64,000 bases of DNA. Source: an uncultured bacterium (GTDB taxonomy: Bacteria; Verrucomicrobiota; Verrucomicrobiia; Limisphaerales; UBA8199). The stretch lies in NCBI GenBank assembly GCA_963749495.1, contig CAVVMW010000018.1, positions 160,001 through 224,000 of the forward strand. The letters are read 5' to 3'. The notes beneath the pieces were generated by a model, which was given only the letters and a program-made list of their open reading frames with translations, had not been told where the DNA came from and did not search any database. The stretch's first letter is position 1; each line of letters begins with the position of its first letter. The position numbers and the translations under genes are program-made. Below are positions 56,047 to 64,000 of the stretch, in pieces.

Positions 56047-56721
56047 TTATTTGAGGTCCGGCATGTCCCGCTTGGCGATGGCCAGCGCCGCCCCTTCATA
56101 GTTGGGCAAGCGCTTGACGACCGCGTTGCGAAACATCACGACACTGCCGTCGTTGTGCTGCTGAAGGGCCAGATGGCCGGAGACATACGTGTTCTTCTGG
56201 TCCACGAAATCGGTCACGATCTTGTCGTTGACCTTGATGATGATGCGATTGCCGATGGCGATGACGTGCTGCGTGTACCACGTGTCGTCGGGGATGAGTT
56301 GCTCGAGGACCTTGTGGAAGCCATAGAGGCTGCCGGTCCGCTGCGGGTCCGGGCTGGTGTTTTCGACCTGGGCCTCATAGCCCTTGGGCCAGCCCTTGCC
56401 CAGGGCGGCGCGGATGTACATGCCGCTGTTGCCGCTGTGGTTGAGCTTGACCTCGGACTTGAATTCGAGGTTGGTGTAGGTGTAGGGGCTGAACAGGTGG
56501 CTGGTCGGGCCCTGGCCGATGACCACCCCGTCCTTGACTTCCCACTTGCCGGGGTCCGGGGCGGTCCAACCGCTCAAGGTCTTCCCGTCGAAGAGTTGGA
56601 TCCAGCCCTGGCGGTCGGGTTTGTCGGGCATGGGCTGGCCGGGCTCGGTTTGGGCGTCCAGACGGGCGGCGGGGGCCGCCAGCGCCAGCGCCAACAACAG
56701 ACTCACTTGTATTCTGTTCAT
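56047..56721 (-). CDS. DUF1080 secreted protein
   Basis: [34 protein letters not shown]. Confidence 0.9.
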   Translation of the reverse strand: MNRIQVSLLLALALAAPAARLDAQTEPGQPMPDKPDRQGWIQLFDGKTLSGWTAPDPGKWEVKDGVVIGQGPTSHLFSPYTYTNLEFKSEVKLNHSGNSGMYIRAALGKGWPKGYEAQVENTSPDPQRTGSLYGFHKVLEQLIPDDTWYTQHVIAIGNRIIIKVNDKIVTDFVDQKNTYVSGHLALQQHNDGSVVMFRNAVVKRLPNYEGAALAIAKRDMPDLK

Positions 56722-56817
56722 TGCTTGTATGTTGGAAACGAGGCTCTATTATATCGAACGCATTTCCTGCAAACCGGAGATTACGCCGGAGGGCGGGAAC
56801 GTGGCAATGTCAAATCT

Positions 56818-57843
56818 ATGAAGGCATTAGTGAAGCGGAAGGCGGAACCGGGGCTTTGGCTGGAAGACGTGCCGGAGCCCAAGATCAGCCTGAACGACGT
56901 GCTGATCCGGATCGAGCGCACGGGCATCTGCGGGACGGACGCGCACATCTACAAATGGGACGCCTGGGCGCAGAAGACGATCCCGGTGCCGATGGTGGTG
57001 GGGCACGAGTTCGTGGGGGAGATAGCCGAGGTGGGGTCCAACGTGAAGGACTTTTTCCCGGGCCAGGTGGTGAGCGGGGAGGGTCACGTGGTGTGCGGGC
57101 GTTGCCGCAACTGCCTGGCGGGGCGGCGGCACCTGTGCGCGGACACCCAGGGCATCGGCGTGAACCGGCCGGGGGCCTTCGCGGAGTACCTGGCCCTGCC
57201 CATGACCAACGTCTGGGTCCACAGCAACGGGATCGACCGGGACGTGGCCTCGATCTTCGATCCCTTCGGCAACGCGGTACACACCGCCCTCTCGTTCCCG
57301 GTGCTCGGGGAGGACGTGCTCATCACGGGCGCCGGGCCGATCGGGATCATGGCCGCCGCCGTCGCGCGGCACGCCGGGGCGCGCTACGTGGTCATCACCG
57401 ATGTCAACGAAGACCGGCTCGAACTGGCGCGGCGGATGGGTGTCACCCTGGCGATCAACCCGCTCAAACGCACCCTCAAGGATGTGCAAAAGGAACTCGG
57501 GATGCACGAGGGGTTCGATGTGGGCCTCGAGATGTCCGGCAACGCCTCGGCCTTCCGCGACATGCTGGCCAACATGAGCCATGGCGCCAAGATCGCCATG
57601 CTCGGCATCCCGGACAAAGATATGTCCATCGATTGGCACACCGTCGTGTTCTCGATGCTGACCATCAAAGGCATCTACGGGCGCGAGATGTACGAGACGT
57701 GGTACAAGATGACCGTCATGCTCCAAAGCGGCCTGAACATCAAACCCATCATCACCCACCGCTTTCACTACACCGAATTCCAAAAGGGATTCGAGGTCAT
57801 GCTCTCGGGCAAGTCGGGCAAGGTGGTGCTGAATTGGAAATGA
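56818..57843 (+). CDS. tdh: L-threonine 3-dehydrogenase
   Basis: [41 protein letters not shown]. Confidence 0.97.
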   Translation: MKALVKRKAEPGLWLEDVPEPKISLNDVLIRIERTGICGTDAHIYKWDAWAQKTIPVPMVVGHEFVGEIAEVGSNVKDFFPGQVVSGEGHVVCGRCRNCLAGRRHLCADTQGIGVNRPGAFAEYLALPMTNVWVHSNGIDRDVASIFDPFGNAVHTALSFPVLGEDVLITGAGPIGIMAAAVARHAGARYVVITDVNEDRLELARRMGVTLAINPLKRTLKDVQKELGMHEGFDVGLEMSGNASAFRDMLANMSHGAKIAMLGIPDKDMSIDWHTVVFSMLTIKGIYGREMYETWYKMTVMLQSGLNIKPIITHRFHYTEFQKGFEVMLSGKSGKVVLNWK

Positions 57844-57909
57844 CGAATGACGAATGACGAATTGGTTTGATCCAGAGGATCCACCTTTCCAGGCGGGTGT
57901 CCAAAAGAA

Positions 57910-59096
57910 ATGACTCCTTCGATACAGAAGCACGTTCTGGGGCAGCTCGATGCGATCCGCGCTGCCGGCACCTACAAACGCGAGCGGGTCATCACCACGC
58001 CGCAAAACGCCCGCATTGGCGTGACCGGCAGCGCCTCGCCGGTGCTCAACCTGTGCGCCAACAACTACCTGGGCCTGGCGCAACACCCCGCAGTCATCCA
58101 GGCCGCCCGCGAGGCCCTGGACCGCTGGGGCTACGGCCTCTCCTCCGTCCGCTTTATCTGCGGCACCCAGGGCCCGCACAAGGAACTGGAGCGCAAGCTC
58201 AGCCAATTCCTCGGCACCGACGACACCATCCTTTACAGTTCCTGTTTCGACGCCAATGGCGGGCTGTTCGAGACCCTGCTCGGCCCGGAAGACGCTATCA
58301 TCTCCGATGAGCTCAACCACGCCAGCATCATCGATGGCATCCGCCTCTGCAAGGCCCAGCGCTACCGCTACCTCAACAACAACATGGCCGACCTCGAAGC
58401 CAAACTCAAAGAGGCCCGCAATGCCCGGTTTCGGATGGTCGCCACCGATGGCGTCTTTTCGATGGACGGTTACATCGCCAACCTCCCCGCCATCTGCGGC
58501 CTGGCCGAGAGATACGACGCCCTGGTGATGGTGGATGACTCGCACGCCGTCGGGTTCATGGGCCCCACAGGCCGCGGCACGCCCGAGCACCACCAGGTCG
58601 CCGGCCGCGTCAATCTGCTCACCGGCACCCTGGGCAAGGCCCTGGGCGGCGCCAGCGGCGGCTATGCCAGCGGCCGCAAGGAACTCATCGAACTGCTCCG
58701 CCAGCGTTCGCGGCCCTACCTCTTCTCGAACACGCTCGCGCCACCATCGTGGGGGCGTCCTTGAAAGTCCTGGACCTGCTCATGACCTCGACCGCCCTGC
58801 GCGACTCCCTCGAGGCCAACACCCGGTTCTTCCGCGCGGAACTGGCCCGGCTCGGCTTCAATATCCTGCCCGGAACCCACCCGATTGTGCCCATCATGCT
58901 CGGCAACGCCGCCCTGGCCACGCGCTTTGCCGACGCCATGCTGGCGCGCGGCGTCTATGTCGTCGGCTTCTCCTACCCGGTCGTGCCCCAGGGCAAGGCG
59001 CGCATCCGCACCCAAATCTCCGCCGCCCATTCCCTCGAGGACCTCCAATTGGCCCTCAGCGCCTTTGCCGAGGTCAAACGGGAGCTGGGGCTGTGA
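57910..59096 (+). CDS. kbl: Glycine C-acetyltransferase; frameshift near 58750
   Basis: [44 protein letters not shown]. Confidence 0.95.
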
Positions 59097-59097
59097 A

Positions 59098-59557
59098 TCA
59101 ACCAAGTTCGCGGCGATCCTCGCCTGCTCGTCCCGGGCGTAGAACAGTGAAACCCAGCGCCGAGGCGGCCTTGGCCTGAGAGTCGTCCAAGGTCATGAGC
59201 CTCCTGAGCCGCAGTTCCTCCATGGCGGCCAGATGGAGCCGATCTAGCGAACGGCAATAGGCCGCCTGCGGATGCCGGTGTTGCCGCAGGGCCGTCGAGA
59301 AGACCGCTGCCGGCAAATGCCGGAAGTGAAAGGGGTCGAAATTGCGCATCGCCGCGAGCCTCGCCCGGGTACTGACGCCACTGGCTGAGGCGAATCTCCC
59401 CGCCGGCTGCCGCCCCCTTCAATTGCACCTCCGTCTCCAATTCCGCCAGCGATGACACCACCACCTCTTCCTCGGCATCCACTGCGCCCCGCACATCCGC
59501 ACTTTCCGGCTCCTCTCGCAGCAGCTTGAGCAGACAACTGGTATCCAGATAGATCAT
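59098..59557 (-). CDS. VapC/PIN toxin; frameshift near 59370
   Basis: MIYLDTSCLLK...ELE; RSLDRLHLA...TLD in the second frame. Confidence 0.85.
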
Positions 59558-59560
59558 AGA

Positions 59561-59830
59561 TCATTTGCGGCGGTCAGCGAACGTTCGCTCGGCGCGGCTT
59601 GCCGCCAGCGCCGCATCACTGCTCGACACCTTGCCGCCGGAAATCCTTTTCTGCCAGCGCCCATGCTCTTTGGCGTCCCAGCGGGGGCGCTTGCCGGCCT
59701 GGGCCGGGATGCGCACCAGCTTGGCTACCGGCTTGGAATCGCGTGTGACGACGATTTCGTCCTCCACAGCCAGAGCCGCCTCTGCCTCGGGCCAGCGCTG
59801 GCGCAAGTCTCGAATGGTGATCGTTTTCAT
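59561..59830 (-). CDS. Phd/YefM-like antitoxin
   Basis: ITIRDLR...IVVTRDSKPVAKLV. Confidence 0.87.
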   Translation of the reverse strand: MKTITIRDLRQRWPEAEAALAVEDEIVVTRDSKPVAKLVRIPAQAGKRPRWDAKEHGRWQKRISGGKVSSSDAALAASRAERTFADRRK

Positions 59831-60096
59831 GGCTCAAGATTAACATGTTTCACGCGTCGCGCAATGCCCGATTTCGAACGTTGGGACTTGACAAAACAAC
59901 CTGATGATTAGTAGAAAATTGGTGGAAACCGGCGCGGCATGACCCCGAGTTGGGATAGCGGGTCTTGCCGTTGGCGGAGGCAGAAGGAAAGGCCGTCTAT
60001 GGAACGGGAAAATGTCTTCCGACAATGCGGCCACAGCGGCGCGGGTTGCCGCACAAGTGGCGCCGCCTGCCCCTGGGCGGCCCGCCCTCCGACGCC

Positions 60097-60525
60097 ATGA
60101 CCAGCGCACAGGAAACCGGGTCCACCGAGACGAGAATCATCGGGCAGGGAGCGTTCACGCCGACGCATTGGTCGGTGGTCCTGGCCACGCGGGAGGAGGG
60201 TGCTCCTGAGGCGCGGGACGCGCTGGAACGGCTGTGCCGCACTTACTGGTTCCCACTCTATGCTTACGTGCGCCGGCGCGGTTACTCGCACGAAGAGGCT
60301 GAAGATCTGACCCAGGCAGGTTGTCTGACCCAGTCCCGAGCCGACATACCCTATGGCCAACTGGCAGCAGCCTTGGGCGTGGGCGAGGCGGCCGTGCGCA
60401 TGGCAGTACACCGGCTGCGGCAGCGCTATCGCGACCTGCTGCGGGCGGAGATAGCGCGCGGCCTTGCCGACCCCGCCGAGATCGAGGAGGAACTCCGTTA
60501 CCTTCACCGCGTCCTTGCGGGCTAA
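60097..60525 (+). pseudogene. ECF sigma factor (kinase-associated type) with apparent in-frame internal deletion
   Basis: FTPTHWSVV...LCRTYWFPLYAYVRR..AEDLTQ joined directly to region 4 (VRMAVHRLRQRY). Confidence 0.75.
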
Positions 60526-60541
60526 TTCTGTTGCAGAAAGG

Positions 60542-60672
60542 AACCGCTAATGGACGCTAATGGACGCTAATGAACGCGAACGAACGCGAATGAAACCCAA
60601 GTGCGGGAAACCCGACGTTCCTGGCATGTCCAGGGCGAAATATTCGCGTCTATTCGCGTCCATTCGCGGTTG
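60542..60672. repeat. Decamer tandem/inverted repeat (AATGGACGCT ... ATTCGCGTCC)
   Basis: Directly visible. Confidence 0.75.
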
Positions 60673-60756
60673 AGTTGACCGTATCTCAACAGGCTGCCAG
60701 AAAAAGCACATTAGTCTGTTACAAACCTCCCGCCCCTCCGTAGAAAGGGGTAGCTT

Positions 60757-63612
60757 ATGAGCGCACTATGCCCAGAATGCGGCAAGCCCGTGACCTCCGA
60801 CGGGCTGGAGGGCCTGTGCCCCGAGTGCATGCTCAAGGTGGGCCTGGGCACCGAGCCCGGCCCAGGCGGCCAGCAGCAAGGGCGGCCTGGCCATGGCGTG
60901 GACAAGGCTCTCACGCCGCCGGTCAGCGAGGTGGCCAGGCTCCTGCCGCAGCTCGAGGTCGTCGAATGCCTGGGGCGGGGCGGCATGGGCGTGGTCTATA
61001 AGGCGCGCCAACCCAAGCTGGACCGCTGGGTGGCGCTCAAAATCCTGGCCCGCGAGCGAGAGGAGAGCCCCGGCTTTGCCGACCGCTTTGCTGGCGAGGC
61101 GCGCGCCCTGGCCCGGCTCAACCATTCCCACATCGTCGCGGTCTATGATTTCGGCCAGATCGACCAGTTTTACTACCTGGTGATGGAGTTTGTGGACGGG
61201 CTGAGCCTGCGCCAGTTGCTCCAGGCGCGCAGGCTTACCCCGGCCGAGGCCCTGGCCATCGTCCCGCCCGTCTGCGAGGCCCTCCAATACGCCCACCAGC
61301 AGGGCATTGTCCACCGCGACATCAAGCCTGAGAACATTCTGCTCGACAAGCAGGGCCGGGTGAAGGTCGCCGATTTTGGGATCGCCAAGATTGTCGGCGC
61401 GGACCAGAAGGGCAAGGGCCTGACCGGCGACTCGCAGGTGCTGGGCACGCCGCATTACATGGCCCCGGAACAAGTCGAGCGCCCCGCCACCGTGGACCAC
61501 CGGGCCGACATCTATTCGCTGGGCGTCGTGCTCTACGAGATGCTCACCGGCGAGTTGCCCCTGGGCCGCTTCCCGCCCCCCTCCCAGAAACCCCAAGTGG
61601 ACGCCCGCCTCGACCAGGTCGTGCTGCGGGCGCTGGAAAAGGCCCCCGAGCGCCGCTACCAGCAGGCCAGCGAGGTCCAGACGGACGTCGAGACCATCAC
61701 CAGATCCCCTCCGTCCCCTCCGCCGCCCTTGGCCCCCGTGCCGCCTTCCGAGACTGCCCCCACCGTCGGGGGCCCGCCCGGAGTGCGCCCGTCCCCGGGC
61801 GCAGGGACGTCCGGAGCCAGGGGAGCGGTTGCACACTCCAGCGCGCCTGCCCCCTCCGTCGCTGCTGCGCCCGAGGACGGGCGCACTCCGGGGGCAGTGT
61901 CAGGACGCGCCCTCGCCCTGGCGGCCACGGCCATCGTCCTGGCGCTCGGTTCAAGCGCCTTGTTGCTGCGCTCGCATCGCGTCCGGGATAGAGCGCAGCC
62001 GGCTTCACCGGCGTCGGTCTCCGCACGGCCCCTGCCCCCGGGCGCCATCGACCTGCTCCAACGCTACCCGACCTCGCTCACCGTCGGGGATTCGGATCCC
62101 GATAGGGCTCGCGCCGTCGAGTTTGCCCAGGCCGACCTGTTCAGCGTCTCGCGTTTCCAGTTTCCGGTCGGCGACCAACTGCGCCTGGAGCTTGGGCCTG
62201 CGGACTTGGGTGTCGGGCATTGCCCGGACGGGGCGTTGTGGGCGCTGCTCATTGCCAGGAAGGGCGGCACCCTGGTCAGCCCCGCGAGCACAGGCAAAGA
62301 GCCGGTGGCGCGCGTCTGGTTGCGCTTTCATCCCAAGGAAATCAACCGCCTGTTCCCGCCCGAGACCGTCTCCGTCGGCGGGAGCACCAACCTGGTCTAT
62401 GAGATGCGCATCGTGGCCAAGTTAAAAACCAGCGCGAGCTATCATTCTTTCGGCTATTGCCTGATCCCGGACCGCAAAAGCGCAACGGTGGACATCGATA
62501 CCACAGGCGGTCCGCGACGCTTTTTCGTTGTGGATTTCGAGGCGGGCACGGTTGCGTACGTGCCCAATTTTGAAGCCCTGCGCCTGAGGCCGCCTCCCGC
62601 GGTCGCCCCGATGCTGGTGGCGAGTGCCTTCGAAGGGCTCTGCAACAGGGTCGAACAATCGTATCCGATCGCCACGTTGCGCCCGGAGGTGGATTGGGCC
62701 GGGCTTTACGCGGGCTATCGCCCCCGAGCGCTGGCCGCAACCTCTACCTACGAATTGGCCGGCATCTGCGCCGAGATGCTAAGCCAACTCCACAATCCGC
62801 AGGTCCGGCTCCAGGTCGCCGGGGCCGAGGTCCCGGTCTTTAGCCGGCAGGCCGCGCCCAACGGCAGCCGCTCGGCCTACGGACCGCTCCTGGGCAAGCC
62901 TAGCGGCCGCGGCTTGGTCGAGTGGACCGTGACCGGCGACAGCATCGGCTTTCTTGCCGTGCACGGTTGGCTGGACTCGGCTGCAGAGGATTGCAACCTG
63001 GCCCTCGAGCGGATGCGCCAGACCCGTGGCCTGGTGCTGGACGTCCGCTGGAACACCGGGGGAAATGAAGGACTGGCCCGCGAGGCCTCGGGTCAATTCC
63101 TGAGCGTCCCTTTCCTCTATGCCTTGGGCCGCGTCCGAATTGCTCGGTATCCCTCCTACCTCTCGTCCGAGTTGCAGCGCACTGCCAGTCCCCGTGGGCC
63201 CTGGCGCTATGACCGGCCGGTGTTGCTGCTCATCGGCCCGCGGTGCATGGACGCCAGCGAGTCCTTCATCGCGATGATGATGGGGGCCCCCAACGTCACC
63301 ACCATGGGCGCGGCCACCCGCGGGGCGCCCTATGGCGCTTCGGTGACCATCGAGCTCCCGCTGGAGATGACCGCCATCCTGCCCTCAGAGATCGAATACC
63401 TCCCCGGCGGCGCGTGTATCAATGGGCGCGGCATCCAGCCGCAAATCGAGTTTAAACCCGCTCCCGGTGCCTTTGGGGGCGGGCGCGATGACTTGCTCGC
63501 CGCCGCGCTGGAGCGGCTGCGAAAGCTCCCCTTGCCGGAAAGCCCTATCGGCGGCCCCGCCCCGCCGGCGGAGCAGGCGGGGCAACCGGCGGCAGAATCG
63601 ACAAACAAATGA
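60757..63612 (+). CDS. Membrane Ser/Thr protein kinase with extracellular S41 peptidase-like domain
   Basis: GRGGMG, VALK, HRDIKPEN, DFG, APE; TM segment; LVLDVRWNTGG, GAATRG, GRGIQP. Confidence 0.92.
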   Translation: MSALCPECGKPVTSDGLEGLCPECMLKVGLGTEPGPGGQQQGRPGHGVDKALTPPVSEVARLLPQLEVVECLGRGGMGVVYKARQPKLDRWVALKILAREREESPGFADRFAGEARALARLNHSHIVAVYDFGQIDQFYYLVMEFVDGLSLRQLLQARRLTPAEALAIVPPVCEALQYAHQQGIVHRDIKPENILLDKQGRVKVADFGIAKIVGADQKGKGLTGDSQVLGTPHYMAPEQVERPATVDHRADIYSLGVVLYEMLTGELPLGRFPPPSQKPQVDARLDQVVLRALEKAPERRYQQASEVQTDVETITRSPPSPPPPLAPVPPSETAPTVGGPPGVRPSPGAGTSGARGAVAHSSAPAPSVAAAPEDGRTPGAVSGRALALAATAIVLALGSSALLLRSHRVRDRAQPASPASVSARPLPPGAIDLLQRYPTSLTVGDSDPDRARAVEFAQADLFSVSRFQFPVGDQLRLELGPADLGVGHCPDGALWALLIARKGGTLVSPASTGKEPVARVWLRFHPKEINRLFPPETVSVGGSTNLVYEMRIVAKLKTSASYHSFGYCLIPDRKSATVDIDTTGGPRRFFVVDFEAGTVAYVPNFEALRLRPPPAVAPMLVASAFEGLCNRVEQSYPIATLRPEVDWAGLYAGYRPRALAATSTYELAGICAEMLSQLHNPQVRLQVAGAEVPVFSRQAAPNGSRSAYGPLLGKPSGRGLVEWTVTGDSIGFLAVHGWLDSAAEDCNLALERMRQTRGLVLDVRWNTGGNEGLAREASGQFLSVPFLYALGRVRIARYPSYLSSELQRTASPRGPWRYDRPVLLLIGPRCMDASESFIAMMMGAPNVTTMGAATRGAPYGASVTIELPLEMTAILPSEIEYLPGGACINGRGIQPQIEFKPAPGAFGGGRDDLLAAALERLRKLPLPESPIGGPAPPAEQAGQPAAESTNK

Positions 63613-63667
63613 AAACAAAACAGCCTTGTCCTGACCCCAGCGGTGGATGGACCTGCATCCAGCTCAC

Positions 63668-63858
63668 CGCGTAGCGGTGCCCGATGGTAGCCGTGGACTT
63701 CCAGTCCACGGACCCATGGGCCAAGCCCGAATGCGTCGCGTAGCAACGCCTGAAACCCGCGACGGCTTCAAGCGTCGCTACGCGACGCGGACCTGTTTCG
63801 ACGCCGCAAACCGTGGACCGAGGTCCACGGCTACCTTCACTGCGTCGCTCCGCGACGC
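63668..63858. repeat. REP-like composite palindrome (GGTAGCCGTGGAC...GTCCACGGCTACC)
   Basis: Inverted arms plus internal cgtcgcgtagc/gctacgcgacg. Confidence 0.8.
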
Positions 63859-64000
63859 GCGCGAGCGGGGCCTTGCCCCAGGCTACTATAAGGCATTCAC
63901 TCTCATCGAACTGCTGGTGGTTATTGCCGTGATCGCCATTCTGGCCGCGCTGCTCTTGCCGGCGCTGAGCCGGGCCAGGGCGGCGGCGGACTCAGCGGGT
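63716..64000 (+). CDS. Prepilin-type N-terminal cleavage protein (3' partial)
   Basis: [25 protein letters not shown] from 63893; start uncertain. Confidence 0.85.
   Translation, partial: MGQARMRRVATPETRDGFKRRYATRTCFDAANRGPRSTATFTASLRDARERGLAPGYYKAFTLIELLVVIAVIAILAALLLPALSRARAAADSAG

Overview
High-GC bacterial chromosomal window, most consistent with Verrucomicrobiota of the Pedosphaera/Limisphaera type (inferred from prepilin H-X9-DG proteins, DUF1080 proteins, an ECF sigma/Ser-Thr kinase pair and the palindromic repeat families). Core genes include an iscS-like desulfurase, leuS, glgB, tdh-kbl, a MacAB-type ABC exporter, an MFS transporter, a GH120-like xylosidase and a ~6.6 kb MBG-repeat surface protein. 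Accessory content includes three toxin-antitoxin loci, an intact ISKra4-type IS, an IS110 remnant and two copies of a tyrosine integrase + Y2/HUH transposase element. Main observations: (1) both integrase/Y2 elements sit at the same GTTG of the same REP hairpin family at two unrelated loci, and their joined ends would fold into an attC-like hairpin; (2) LeuRS carries an in-frame ~185 aa insertion resembling a BECR-fold nuclease; (3) a three-gene island pairs a COMM-domain-like protein with an MBL-fold hydrolase; (4) palindromic elements are inserted in frame in proteins; (5) recurring CGA>CAA substitutions and about ten frameshifts point to long-read errors, possibly at methylated sites. Family assignments come from motif recognition only; no searches were run.
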